Below are positions 1 through 9,610 of a DNA stretch of 46,807 bases, piece by piece. Made by a program: the position numbers and the translations under genes. The notes beneath the pieces are model-generated. The model saw only the letters and a program-made list of their open reading frames with translations. It was not told the origin of the DNA and ran no database searches. The stretch comes from a virus (lineage: Duplodnaviria > Caudoviricetes): the IMG/VR virus record IMGVR_UViG_3300033982_000163, positions 1 to 46,807 of that record, one strand, 5' to 3'. Numbering within the stretch: position 1 is the first letter of the stretch; each line of letters starts with the position of its first letter.

Positions 1-408
1 TCAGGTTTGGGGTATCGTCTTATATTCCTTGAGAATCAGCGTAAAATAGACATCTCCCGTGCCATCCCGTTCGCCGTATTCAAAGCTTTCGATAGAACAC
101 TGTAGGTTAATGCTTGTCCCGGTCACCAAGTATCTTATTGGATTTCCGCTTGCTATCCATTTCTCGATGAGGTCCGTACACTCTTTAGGCGTCGGGAACG
201 TGGTGTATTGACAGAAGCTATAAGGATGATTAGGGAAGAAAGATTCTATAGGAGCTATCTCTGACAACTTTGGTTTTCCGATAAAACTTATCTCCCCCAT
301 ACCTTCAACCAGGAGCAGGCTATTGTTTAGTGCTTTTTTAATGGAGTAGTTTGCGGGAGGGACCGGAAGTTGAAGGGTGTCGTTACCTTGAATAAGCCAA
401 AATTCCAT
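1..408 (-). CDS. XkdP-like tail/baseplate protein (no LysM domain visible)
   Basis: Follows tape measure; LQLPVPP..., GEISFIG, IESFFP, GDVYFTLILKEYK motifs; RBS GGGTGA before ATG 408. Confidence 0.75.
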   Translation of the reverse strand: MEFWLIQGNDTLQLPVPPANYSIKKALNNSLLLVEGMGEISFIGKPKLSEIAPIESFFPNHPYSFCQYTTFPTPKECTDLIEKWIASGNPIRYLVTGTSINLQCSIESFEYGERDGTGDVYFTLILKEYKTIPQT

Positions 409-429
409 TGTACTCACCCTACTTTTCAT

Positions 430-456
430 GAAGGTTTTGTGGGTATCTTATAGAAT
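430..456 (+). promoter_or_regulatory. Sigma-H-type promoter, antisense to the tail operon
   Basis: GAAGGTTTT (430) and ATAGAAT (450), same 20-nt offset as the array promoters. Confidence 0.6.
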
Positions 457-492
457 CTTAAGTTAAGTGCCGGTCGGAAGGAGCGTGATTTT

Positions 493-693
493 CTGTCTAA
501 CGAAACCGTAAAGTATGCTATTAAAGGAGAATGCCCACGGTTCGAAAAACAAGTAACAATTATTGCTGAATATGCGGTCATCCATATGCCTAGAAAACTC
601 TCCCCAGAGTATAAAATTTTAGGTAATGAATGCAGTATTGATGGAAATTGCGAATATAAAATTTGCCCCTTGACCCAAGGGGTTAAGCCATAA
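493..693 (+). CDS. Small Cys-rich protein (66 aa, CTG start), paralog of 40559-40777; not in ORF track
   Basis: LSNETVKYAIKGECPRFEKQVTIIAEYAVIHMPRKLSPEYKILGNECSIDGNCEYKICPLTQGVKP; SD AAGGAGCGTGA; shares GxCP, IxAEY, YKxxGxEC, CPL and terminal KP with the paralog. Confidence 0.75.
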   Translation: MSNETVKYAIKGECPRFEKQVTIIAEYAVIHMPRKLSPEYKILGNECSIDGNCEYKICPLTQGVKP

Positions 694-913
694 ATCCCTT
701 ATGTGGACTGATCCTTACTCCTGTTATTTCTGATAGTTTAATGAAGCTATCCCAAGGATCAACTCCGCAATTATTACTATAGGCGCATAATTGGCAATCT
801 TTTTGAGGCATAGATTCTTTATGCCAATAAAGTTTCACAAGAGTCTGGATATGCCTAGCGATGCAATGTAAATCTTTATCTGAAAGACCGGCACATTTTT
901 TATCTAATTCCAT
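683..913 (-). CDS. Small Cys-containing protein, paralog of 40767-41081
   Basis: GLSDKDLHCIARHIQ...CxxC...WDSFIKLSEITGVRISPHKGF vs GLTEKDLYCIARHIQ...WDAFGKLSDLTGVNVYPAKGF. Confidence 0.85.
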   Translation of the reverse strand: MELDKKCAGLSDKDLHCIARHIQTLVKLYWHKESMPQKDCQLCAYSNNCGVDPWDSFIKLSEITGVRISPHKGFMA

Positions 914-927
914 GAGTCCACCTCCCA

Positions 928-3564
928 CTAGGACATATTAAATGCTGCATTTTTCAGCTCGTACGCCAAGGCTTTGGCGATCTTTTCGATGTCAGCCTCT
1001 TCTCGGACTATGATCATATCTGCTAGTTTCGCTATGGAGATACTTTTGCCACTGGAATTAACAGAGGATTGATGATCTTGGACCTTTGATCCTTTGGGCA
1101 GCGTAACCTTCTCTGGGCCATTCTCCCCTACCCAAGTTTCCCCTCCGCCCCAGTAACTTGTGCCAAGTGCATTTCTTCCAGCCTGCATACCTGCAGCTGT
1201 GCTGTTTCCGGAAACATCGAGACTTATCTTTGATAATATCGGGATGTTGACCCCTGGTATTTTGTTTAACGTCCCTATGAATTGATCAATTAAGCCTATG
1301 CAGAAATTTATGCCCTCTGTGAATGAGTTTTTAATATTAACCCAAGCATCGCTTAATACTTGCTTAACTGTGCCCCAATTTTGGTACAAGAGTACACCGG
1401 CGGCAACAAGTAACCCGATTAATATAATTACTGCTCCAATTGGATTGGCATCCATGGCTATGTTTAAGGCCCATTGCGCAGCTGTCATTACGCCATATAC
1501 TGTTGCTGATGCTATCATCATCCCCTTTTGCACTAACCAACCTAACGTTTGAGCTGCTATTACTGCTACAGTAGCCCAGCCTTGTGCCGCGTAAGCTATC
1601 AGGGAGCCAATTAAGCTTAGCGTTATCATGCCTCCTGTGGCAATCGCTGTAGACCCTGTTTCAATAAGGGAGGCTACAAAACTAACAGTGATCTTACCTG
1701 CTGATATGACTGCTTCAACTCCTGAAGCTATAACGGCTGCCACAAATCCCGTAAGTATTAACGGCGCCACTATTACAGCTTTCAACCCAGCCTCTGCCAT
1801 TGAAGCGATGAAGCTTATAGTTACTTTACCAGCTGCAATAACAGCCTCTAACCCGGTTTTTGCGATACTGGCAATGAAGCTTCCTGCTATTTTTCCAGCC
1901 GAGATCGCCGATTCAATACCTGTTTTAATTATCGCCGGTGCAAATACTGTTCCCAATATAGTTGCAGTAGTCTTTATGGCAGCTTGATGGTCTTTTAACG
2001 TTTGGGTGAAATCCTCAAAGATTTTTTTGGCATCCTTAACGGCTTTGTCTTTCAAATCGGTGAGCGTGTCCTTGACGTCTTTGACCTTATCCATTAAGTT
2101 TTGGAATTCTGTTTTAACCTTACCTATTGCATTGTCCTTTAAATTGACAAACTCACTGTGTAATTCAGTCGCCTTTTTCTTTATCTCGTCCCAGTGAGTG
2201 TAAAGTAGCACCCCTATGGCTATTAAGGCAGCTATAGCAGCTATTACCAACAAGATTGTTCCCCCTGGTCCGGCAAGATACGCCATTATGCCGCCAGCAT
2301 TGGAGATTGACTTGGATAATTTCATAAAGGGTCCGATTGTATCCCCTACTCCGCGAACTATACTGCCAAGCATTACGATTACTGGTCCTGCTGCAGCTGC
2401 CACAAGGGCAAACTTTACAATCATTTCCTGTTGTGCCGGTGACATATCTGCAAGCCTCTTAGCAAAGTCGGCAACTTTCTCTGCTACCTTTTGGATGGTT
2501 GGCATTAACTTATCAAAGGAATCCAAGAGTTTTGTCCCTACGGGCTCAAAGGCTATCGCCATCTGCTGCTTCAGTAAGGAAAACTTTTCAGATATCCTCA
2601 TGGTGGCAGCCGCCGCATCGTTAATAGTATCCGGACTATTCTTAAGGGTTTGTAGAAGACCAGATAGATCCAGGTGCCCTTCTCGGATTGCTGCAGCCAT
2701 GTCTGGTCCAGCCTTGGCCCCGAACATATCCAAGGCTAAGGCATTTGCTTTACCAGCTGTCCCTGCTGCCTTAATCTTCGTTACGATGTCCTGGAGCGCT
2801 GCTGCCGGATCACTTACGCCCTTCTTAGCCATTTTTCCTAACGCAATCCTGAGCGAACCAACTACAAGCTCGGTATTCACACCTTCTTTCTGAAATTTAC
2901 CAAGCATTGCGGCACTTGTCTGCCAATCAAAGCCCATCTGCCTTAATGGGCCGCCGAACTGTGTCATGAGTTGTTGCAAGGAGTCTATCCCGATCCCGGT
3001 ATTTTGAGTTACTTTAAAGGTGTAGTCTAAGGCTTTCGAATAATCTTCCTGCTTGATCCCGGCATCCTGAAACATACGAGTTGCCGCCGTTATGTCGGTA
3101 GCAAGATCTGTTTTTGTTATTCTTGCGAGATTGAGCATTTGGGCAGATAAATCTTCAAGCGGTTTCCCCGTAATCCCAAGTTTTGTATTTAAGTCTGCGA
3201 CAGCCTTACTGGCATCCGCCATAGTTGTGGGCACCTGTCCGTATACTTTTTTAAAACTGTCGTTGAGGTCTTGCAGGGACTTCCCCGTGGCTCCGGTTCC
3301 TACTCGTATGGTGTTCTCGGCATCTTGAAAATCTTGGCCAAGCTTTAAAAGGCCTGCACCTACCGCTAATATGGGGACGGTAACCGTCTTGGTAAGTGCT
3401 TTACCTACATTCTGCATGTCCTTTCCAACGGCCACCATATTCCTTCCGGCATAAGTGGCTTGTCGCTGGAATTGCGAGAGATTGGCATTGACATTCTTCA
3501 ACGTTGCCGAAAATTGGTCCCTCAGTTGAATCACGGCATCAATCACACGCGCCATTTTGATCAT
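928..3564 (-). CDS. Tail tape measure protein
   Basis: 878 aa, Ala/Gly-rich helical, 22-aa repeats, ANPIG motif, position after the chaperone. Confidence 0.95.
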   Translation of the reverse strand: MIKMARVIDAVIQLRDQFSATLKNVNANLSQFQRQATYAGRNMVAVGKDMQNVGKALTKTVTVPILAVGAGLLKLGQDFQDAENTIRVGTGATGKSLQDLNDSFKKVYGQVPTTMADASKAVADLNTKLGITGKPLEDLSAQMLNLARITKTDLATDITAATRMFQDAGIKQEDYSKALDYTFKVTQNTGIGIDSLQQLMTQFGGPLRQMGFDWQTSAAMLGKFQKEGVNTELVVGSLRIALGKMAKKGVSDPAAALQDIVTKIKAAGTAGKANALALDMFGAKAGPDMAAAIREGHLDLSGLLQTLKNSPDTINDAAAATMRISEKFSLLKQQMAIAFEPVGTKLLDSFDKLMPTIQKVAEKVADFAKRLADMSPAQQEMIVKFALVAAAAGPVIVMLGSIVRGVGDTIGPFMKLSKSISNAGGIMAYLAGPGGTILLVIAAIAALIAIGVLLYTHWDEIKKKATELHSEFVNLKDNAIGKVKTEFQNLMDKVKDVKDTLTDLKDKAVKDAKKIFEDFTQTLKDHQAAIKTTATILGTVFAPAIIKTGIESAISAGKIAGSFIASIAKTGLEAVIAAGKVTISFIASMAEAGLKAVIVAPLILTGFVAAVIASGVEAVISAGKITVSFVASLIETGSTAIATGGMITLSLIGSLIAYAAQGWATVAVIAAQTLGWLVQKGMMIASATVYGVMTAAQWALNIAMDANPIGAVIILIGLLVAAGVLLYQNWGTVKQVLSDAWVNIKNSFTEGINFCIGLIDQFIGTLNKIPGVNIPILSKISLDVSGNSTAAGMQAGRNALGTSYWGGGETWVGENGPEKVTLPKGSKVQDHQSSVNSSGKSISIAKLADMIIVREEADIEKIAKALAYELKNAAFNMS

Positions 3565-3737
3565 CTCCCGCCCTGAGGGTTTTCACGTTTTCTCTCCTCG
3601 ATCTCATAATGAATAAAAGCCCGGAGAATCTTCCTCTCGCCAGGCTTTTTATCATAGTACTCACTGGGACTCATGTTTTTGAATCTAAAAAGAAGATAGG
3701 CGGTTTGCACGTTCCCATCTTCCTTGATTAGTTTTTT
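3561..3737 (-). CDS. -1 programmed-frameshift extension of the tail assembly chaperone (G/GT type)
   Basis: Slippery A AAA AAC TAA at 3731-3737; -1 frame open (LIKEDGNVQTAYLLFRFKNMSPSEYY...) to TGA overlapping the tape measure ATG. Confidence 0.85.
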   Translation of the reverse strand, partial: KKLIKEDGNVQTAYLLFRFKNMSPSEYYDKKPGERKILRAFIHYEIEERKRENPQGGR

Positions 3738-4129
3738 ATTTCTTCTTCATCCTCGTCATCTTTTTCGTAGCCTGATAGTTCATTGATGCCGTTGTAGAGG
3801 TCGTCGATCTCACCACTAAGCAAAAGCTTCCTGAGGAGTTCTGGCGGGGTAGGGACTCCGAAATGGCTCATGACCTCTTTACTTTTAAACACTTCCGGAC
3901 ACCCCTCGAAGATTATCAACGTTTTCATCTTGTACATGTTAATCTTTTTAACGTCACCTTTGCGGATTTCGAGCGCACCTTCTTGGATTTCAGCGTATTT
4001 TTCAGCATCGACAGCTTTACACGGGAAGTCGATGGCACCTTTGAGCTTTTTGGCATTTATCGTAATAACCTTAGTTGGGTTTTCTATCTTCCCTGCGTCC
4101 ATTTTAAGTAATTTTTCTACTATGTTCAT
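3728..4129 (-). CDS. XkdN-like tail assembly chaperone (alternative upstream start at 4216)
   Basis: Between tube and tape measure; LLLSGEI...ELSGY..EEIKN ending. Confidence 0.88.
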   Translation of the reverse strand: MNIVEKLLKMDAGKIENPTKVITINAKKLKGAIDFPCKAVDAEKYAEIQEGALEIRKGDVKKINMYKMKTLIIFEGCPEVFKSKEVMSHFGVPTPPELLRKLLLSGEIDDLYNGINELSGYEKDDEDEEEIKN

Positions 4130-4250
4130 TGATGATTCCCCCTGTTTTTTAAATTCTTCTATTATGCAGAATATCAAGGCATAAGTTGCAATAACGCTCC
4201 CTACATACAACAGCATGAAGTTTTCCTCCCTTAAAAAGGGAAAGGATTTA

Positions 4251-4679
4251 CTAGATAACGTCCAATAAATCCCAATCCATAAACGTAAACGGCACACTCT
4301 CTTCACCGTTCTTCTTGGCTTCCCAGTCCACAAGAGTCAATTCATCAAACATAACACCCGTTAGGACGATTCTTTCAGCCCCTAAGCTTTGGGGATCGGC
4401 CAGATTAGAGATAATGGTATGCTCTGGAGTTTTTCCGGCCTTTATGTTGTCGCTGTTTGCCTTAATCATGGCTGAGGTTACTTTGTTTAATTTGACGGTT
4501 CCCTTTAACTCCATCCCGGTAACCTTTTGCCCACTCACGAGCTTACCGCATATATTTACAGCTGTTTTAGTAAGCGTTACCTTAGCTTGGAGGGCCGTAG
4601 TTTCTGCCATAAGGTTTCCGTCTAGCCACATTTGACCAAAGGTTCCATTGATAACCTGATCGGCAGTATAGCTGTCCAT
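4251..4679 (-). CDS. Tail tube protein (XkdM-like)
   Basis: VINGTFGQMWLDG, DPQSLGAERI, ESVPFTF.DWDLLD motifs. Confidence 0.93.
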   Translation of the reverse strand: MDSYTADQVINGTFGQMWLDGNLMAETTALQAKVTLTKTAVNICGKLVSGQKVTGMELKGTVKLNKVTSAMIKANSDNIKAGKTPEHTIISNLADPQSLGAERIVLTGVMFDELTLVDWEAKKNGEESVPFTFMDWDLLDVI

Positions 4680-4690
4680 GGTTTACCTCC

Positions 4691-5758
4691 TTAGTTCAAG
4701 AATAGGTTAAGGGTTAAGTCCTCCATTGCATCAAGAGGGCTGTTTGTTCCTGACAAGAATACAAACGTGCTTGTGTTCGCCTGTTTGATTTGCAGAGGTG
4801 TCATCGCAGACGTGTTGACACCGATACCTTGGAGATAGGCCGTTTGGGCCACAATGTCGATTCCCACGTTGTTTTGCCCAGGGTTTAAGAGCATCTGTGT
4901 CTCTAAGCCTGTTAGATAGGCATTGATCGCGGTTATGAGCAGACACTTATGGTCGTAATCGTTCGGGACCTTACCTACATAGTTGTCGTTGTAGGTGGTT
5001 GTGATGTCGTTGTACTCCATATCCATGATGTCAATGATTTTGCACTTTTGCCAGTCTGCCGTTTTTGTTGTCGTGAGCGTTGTAAGGCTGTTCACGGCCC
5101 TTGCAATTTTAACTTTCACACCGTCGTTCATTAACACAAGCTGCCCTAGATTAATGTTTGTGCTGAATTGAGTGTCGCTCATGTGAGGAACGTCTTTAAC
5201 CTCGGGCAACACAGTGAATGTTGCACTCATGGTGAGAGGTGTCCCGGCTAAAATTCCCGCAATCCGGCTGCAATAGTCGATCGCCATGACTGTTCCCGTT
5301 GCGAGGATGATATTATCCGTTGCAAAATTGATAATACCTTCATGATTCCCCGCAGTGTTCGGGAGTACCATCTTTGACTTAATGCCCATGGTATCCCTGC
5401 ACGACTTAATCCAAGTAGCGACAAGAGCGGCGTCTGTCGTGTCGATTTCAGGAACAGCACCATAGTCCCATTTGACGGTTTCAAGGTAGGTCATTGCCGC
5501 GGAGTAATCCGCTGCTGCCAGTGGCTCGACGTATACAATTAAACTGATCGGAGGCTGATCCCCGCCCATGAACGCCAGGTTGATTTGGTTAAGGTTGTAT
5601 GCTGAATAGTCCTGCGGAATTGTAGCCGGGTCAGTGTAAACGTTTGCCCCATTGTGGACCGCATCTTTTAAGACAAGTGCCACGATGCCTCTCGAACCTC
5701 TGGCGATGGCACTTACTGCCAACGATTGAAAGATTACCTGTATGTTCGGTAAACCCAT
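4691..5758 (-). CDS. Tail sheath protein (XkdK-like)
   Basis: MGLPNI start, RGIVALVLKD, KIARAVNSLTT, LDAMEDL. Confidence 0.93.
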   Translation of the reverse strand: MGLPNIQVIFQSLAVSAIARGSRGIVALVLKDAVHNGANVYTDPATIPQDYSAYNLNQINLAFMGGDQPPISLIVYVEPLAAADYSAAMTYLETVKWDYGAVPEIDTTDAALVATWIKSCRDTMGIKSKMVLPNTAGNHEGIINFATDNIILATGTVMAIDYCSRIAGILAGTPLTMSATFTVLPEVKDVPHMSDTQFSTNINLGQLVLMNDGVKVKIARAVNSLTTLTTTKTADWQKCKIIDIMDMEYNDITTTYNDNYVGKVPNDYDHKCLLITAINAYLTGLETQMLLNPGQNNVGIDIVAQTAYLQGIGVNTSAMTPLQIKQANTSTFVFLSGTNSPLDAMEDLTLNLFLN

Positions 5759-5759
5759 A

Positions 5760-6200
5760 TTATTGCCCTCCTAGATTTAAAGTTAAGGTCATCGTCCCCA
5801 TGTCCGGAGCAGCAGGAGTTGTATCCACGATTTCGTCGTAAAAGTTTAAGTCGAATTTGATCGAGTAGATATGATCTTGCTCGTCAATGACTTCGGCGCG
5901 GTAGTTTCTTACGATCTTCTTCTTGGTCCCTATGGTGAGGATAGGAGTGAAGATACCCTTCAGTGTGTCGTACATTTGCAAGTTTTCGAGGTCTGTTTTG
6001 TTGGCTGAGAAGTAAACAATCTCAACAGTTACTAAATTTTCACTTGTATCAAGCTTGAATGTTTCGCTTTTAATCGGCATCAGATTTATAAAGAAACAAG
6101 CGCGGAAAAATCCCTCTTTGATCTCACTCGCATAGACGGTGATATTTAATGGATCCAAACCATTTTTGATTGTTGTCCAGATTTCTTCAAGTGTAATCAT
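5760..6200 (-). CDS. Tail terminator-like protein
   Basis: Position before sheath; EIKEGFFRACFFI motif. Confidence 0.7.
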   Translation of the reverse strand: MITLEEIWTTIKNGLDPLNITVYASEIKEGFFRACFFINLMPIKSETFKLDTSENLVTVEIVYFSANKTDLENLQMYDTLKGIFTPILTIGTKKKIVRNYRAEVIDEQDHIYSIKFDLNFYDEIVDTTPAAPDMGTMTLTLNLGGQ

Positions 6201-6619
6201 TTTAGATCACCTAACACGCTATCAAGCCATGTCTCCACAAGTGCTGGAACCACATTATCCATCTCAAGCATAGAATTTTCCAACATGTGCACCCCTGGAG
6301 CAAATCCAAGCGTTGGACCACCGCTCTTATTCTTGACGACATGTCCCTTCTCGACTAAGTGAAAAAGAGGACTTGTGTTCGTCAAAGATATACTACTTGC
6401 CCCACCCTGTCCATAATAAACGCTGGACAATTTATACTTACTCTTCAAATGCTTCTTATGCTTGCCCGTTGGAGTTCGAGCTATTGCCATGGTTTTTAAG
6501 GTCTTGCCAAGTTTCAAGAGTATTTCTTCTTCCCTGAATGGATACTTAGTCCTAACTTCTTCCAGCCTAATTTGTAACTCATCAAGCCCAGTAAACTTAA
6601 CTTCAAAATCATCAGCCAT
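6197..6619 (-). CDS. HK97 gp10-like neck protein
   Basis: GLDEL, ARTP, HLVEKGH, G.HMLENS motifs. Confidence 0.85.
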   Translation of the reverse strand: MADDFEVKFTGLDELQIRLEEVRTKYPFREEEILLKLGKTLKTMAIARTPTGKHKKHLKSKYKLSSVYYGQGGASSISLTNTSPLFHLVEKGHVVKNKSGGPTLGFAPGVHMLENSMLEMDNVVPALVETWLDSVLGDLK

Positions 6620-6965
6620 TTCTGAAAATCCTCTCGACGGCTATAACTACCATGAACTCGTTTTTTTCCTGCACATTGAGTATGTCTTGGATCAGGAATG
6701 TCCTCGTTTGGTATTGGACTAACATATCAGGAGTTATGCCTTGAAGATATCTAGATGTAAACATGTAGGTTAGCTGTGCCTGGAGTTTCTTCGCCTCAAA
6801 ATAATCACTACCGTCGATTACATCCATTGCTGCTAAGGTGGTTTTGAAAACGACAGGTGTTAGAGTTGTCCCCCCTGCTTCATTCGTGCCCTGAGAGTAA
6901 GTCATAAAACTTATCTTGCGGTTAAATGTGCCAATGTTTATTCTTTTACTTAGGTTTAGGCGCAT
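6612..6965 (-). CDS. Head closure (SPP1 gp16-like) protein
   Basis: GTFNRKISF, SRY..GITPDM..Y..RTF.I; synteny. Confidence 0.85.
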   Translation of the reverse strand: MRLNLSKRINIGTFNRKISFMTYSQGTNEAGGTTLTPVVFKTTLAAMDVIDGSDYFEAKKLQAQLTYMFTSRYLQGITPDMLVQYQTRTFLIQDILNVQEKNEFMVVIAVERIFRNG

Positions 6966-6978
6966 TGAATCACCACCT

Positions 6979-7323
6979 TTACATTGACCACGGCCAAGGA
7001 ATTACCGGGATTACCGGTGGAGGAATAGCGGCCTGTTGTGCCTGTACAGCCTTGCCATGGAGTTGACCGATAAGACTTTGAACGCCAATATCATTGTCCT
7101 TAATTACGCCCATCTGACCAGGATCATCAAACCAACGCGCAGCCAGGGCAGAGGCTAACATTTTTGCTGTGGGGTCTATGGTTGTGTCTGATGCCCAATC
7201 ATAGCCCGTTGCCGTTTTGATGAAGTCGTCGACGAAGGGCAATATGATATTAAATTGCGGGTAATCATCCGGATCGGGTAAGCGAAGCATAATGGCAGCT
7301 TCTTGGGGAGTGAGTATGCTCAC
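6979..7323 (-). CDS. Head-tail connector (gp6-like)
   Basis: LRL, FIKTATG, AKM...L...WFDDP; synteny. Confidence 0.8.
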   Translation of the reverse strand: MSILTPQEAAIMLRLPDPDDYPQFNIILPFVDDFIKTATGYDWASDTTIDPTAKMLASALAARWFDDPGQMGVIKDNDIGVQSLIGQLHGKAVQAQQAAIPPPVIPVIPWPWSM

Positions 7324-7362
7324 TTAAAACGCCACCTCAATTTAGCGGTAAGTTTGTTTAGA

Positions 7363-7525
7363 CTAATTTTTTCCATCAACAAGATCAATAGAATAGGGAA
7401 TTACAATAATTTTCATACCTATCCGTCTCTCCTGTTCTTCCATGCGTACCATTAATAAATCGTGTTCAAGTTTCGTCAGGGGTCGATTAACTTTGAATAG
7501 GATGGTGTTATCTTTTTCTTGCCAT
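7363..7525 (-). pseudogene. Small gene with a +1 frameshift after codon 4
   Basis: RBS AGGAG, ATG GCA AGA AAA AGA TAA; +1 frame continues DNTILFKVNRPLTKLEHDLLMVRMEEQERRIGMKIIVIPYSIDLVDGKN. Confidence 0.55.
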
Positions 7526-7536
7526 AAGATCAGCTC

Positions 7537-8136
7537 CTAAACGATCAAGAAAGCATCAACAGAGGTTCCGTTAAGAGCGCTGTTCAGTAAGATGGTGTTG
7601 CCTTCTATATTTGTGGCGCTCACGGTAACGGCGGCCGCAGTCGCTTCCCTTACACCGTTCAGATAAGCAGCAAGAACAGTGTTTATTGATAGCTTATAAG
7701 GCAAGCCTAACTTATTACCGAATCCCACACTCACGGTATCTGTTCCACCATGTGTGTAGGCCGGAAGTTCGATTTGGGTTACGGCCGAAAACGCCTTGGC
7801 CCCTTCAACAACCGTCGTACCATTCATGGCTAATGTTTCCGTGATATCCGAACCATCATAGGCTGTTCCTGTGATCACAATATTTCCGACCATCCCTGCG
7901 GCATCCCCGACAACTTGAATACTCCGTGGTGCTGGTGGATTTGTAATACCAACCGTGATGGCTTGCGCAGCTACTGTTAATGCTGTAGCTGCCAGTATGG
8001 CGGTAGTACTTGCTGCTGCGGCTTCTGCAGCAGTGCGCTGGAAGTGGGGCAGGAATCCCCACCCGACACTCTTTTCTTTTACATCGGTTTCTAGTCGCAT
8101 ATTTTTGTATCCCATTGCTTGTCTCAATGTGACCAC
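7537..8136 (-). CDS. Putative head decoration/structural protein
   Basis: Ala/Thr/Gly/Val-rich 199 aa ORF immediately after the major capsid gene. Confidence 0.6.
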   Translation of the reverse strand: MVTLRQAMGYKNMRLETDVKEKSVGWGFLPHFQRTAAEAAAASTTAILAATALTVAAQAITVGITNPPAPRSIQVVGDAAGMVGNIVITGTAYDGSDITETLAMNGTTVVEGAKAFSAVTQIELPAYTHGGTDTVSVGFGNKLGLPYKLSINTVLAAYLNGVREATAAAVTVSATNIEGNTILLNSALNGTSVDAFLIV

Positions 8137-8190
8137 TCCTTACATATAGTAGGCAGACGTGGATCTCGGCACACGCCTGCCTTGCCAAAT

Positions 8191-9603
8191 TTAAACCGCT
8201 GCGACTTTCTGAATTCTTGTAAAGCCGCGATACTTGACAACATTACCACCGGACCATATAGAGCTACGGAAGGCAAGTTGGCCAGTTTGGAATTTGAAGT
8301 CGATAGATTCCATAACCTCAATTTGGGAAAATACCGGAAGCTCGTAAGCCGCTGGAGATCCATAGGCCATGCAATAGGTATTGGCAGGCACAGTGGGGTC
8401 CGACATTGCAGGGCAATTGCTATTGACTATGAAGTTGACGGCATAGCTATTGTCGGAAGAAATCGTACCAACATTGCCATTCAATGTGATGTTGTAGAGT
8501 TTTTGTCCGGTTGTAGCACGTACAGCAGCGAAGGCAGCTAAATCCTTTTTATTCAGGATTAGATATTGTCCACCTTCAACGTTCTCGTCTCCGCCATAGC
8601 TGAAGACAATCAGATCTAAGGTGGTTTCGTCGATCACCGACATGGGAATGTCTACGAGGGCAACAGGCATAACATTGGTTGGGGCATTAAATATGCCTGT
8701 TAATTGATTATTGGTCCCTCCGCCAAGCATAATTTGAGCTGCAAGCTTCTTACGAATGGCTATAACCATGTTTGCTCCTACGCGGGATTGATAGTCGACG
8801 TTGGGTAGCTTCTTGGCTTCATCAGTCAACTCACTGTAGGCGGTGATCTTTGCTTTTTGTATGGCCACATAGCCGAATGTCGGGTCAGCGGTTACATAAC
8901 TATCCGTCTCAGCCGTGTAGTCACCCGTCCCGGACTGGATCTCGAAACCTTGTGTATAGCTTTCGCCGCCATTCATCGGAATAGCGTTGACAACATCTAT
9001 AACTCCGGATACTTCGTTAAACTTTGGAATCAAGATATTACTGTACTTCGCCTGAGTTACCAGGTTACTTGCGCCAATCGTTACTGCACGAAACTCAGGG
9101 AAGTCTTCAGCGGTGAAAACAACTGGCTTACGATCCTTCAGGTCAGCTCCCCGTTGTTCGCATTTTTGGAAGTGCTCCTTCTGGCGGGCTTCTTCGCTAT
9201 GGCCGCTAGGTAAACCACCATAAGCAAAGGAGCCATGTGAACGGGTTTCGCCTTGGGGTTGATTCGGATTAGCTTGCCCACCTGCACCCATACTTGTCGA
9301 GGCAAGAGGATCTACCACACTTCTTTGTTGATCCCCTGCCAGTGGACGCGAAGAATCAAATCCGGGTACTTGCTGGCTTTGTTGTGCAGCATTTTGGGTA
9401 TTAGCCAACTCCTGCGCTGCCCTTTCTTCGTCCTCTACCTTCTGTAGTTGGCTTTCGATATCCCTTATTTCGGCGCCCAGCGCTATATCCTGCACATTGA
9501 TACTACGCACTTCATCGAGGTCGTTACTTTTATCGCCCTTTTCTTTCAACACGGCACGAGCATCTTGTTTCTGTTTTAATACTTTTTTCAACCAATCTTT
9601 CAT
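8191..9603 (-). CDS. HK97-fold major capsid protein with N-terminal scaffold (delta) domain
   Basis: Coiled-coil N-terminus, GGGTNNQLTGI motif, position after protease. Confidence 0.93.
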   Translation of the reverse strand: MKDWLKKVLKQKQDARAVLKEKGDKSNDLDEVRSINVQDIALGAEIRDIESQLQKVEDEERAAQELANTQNAAQQSQQVPGFDSSRPLAGDQQRSVVDPLASTSMGAGGQANPNQPQGETRSHGSFAYGGLPSGHSEEARQKEHFQKCEQRGADLKDRKPVVFTAEDFPEFRAVTIGASNLVTQAKYSNILIPKFNEVSGVIDVVNAIPMNGGESYTQGFEIQSGTGDYTAETDSYVTADPTFGYVAIQKAKITAYSELTDEAKKLPNVDYQSRVGANMVIAIRKKLAAQIMLGGGTNNQLTGIFNAPTNVMPVALVDIPMSVIDETTLDLIVFSYGGDENVEGGQYLILNKKDLAAFAAVRATTGQKLYNITLNGNVGTISSDNSYAVNFIVNSNCPAMSDPTVPANTYCMAYGSPAAYELPVFSQIEVMESIDFKFQTGQLAFRSSIWSGGNVVKYRGFTRIQKVAAV

Positions 9604-9610
9604 GGTTATT

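Noticed and set aside
1600-1935. 22-aa periodic repeats in the tape measure
   Set aside because: Normal tape measure architecture
1298-3328. Long + strand ORFs opposite the tape measure, and similar shadow ORFs opposite other genes
   Set aside because: Antisense shadows of codon-biased genes; no RBS or recognisable motifs
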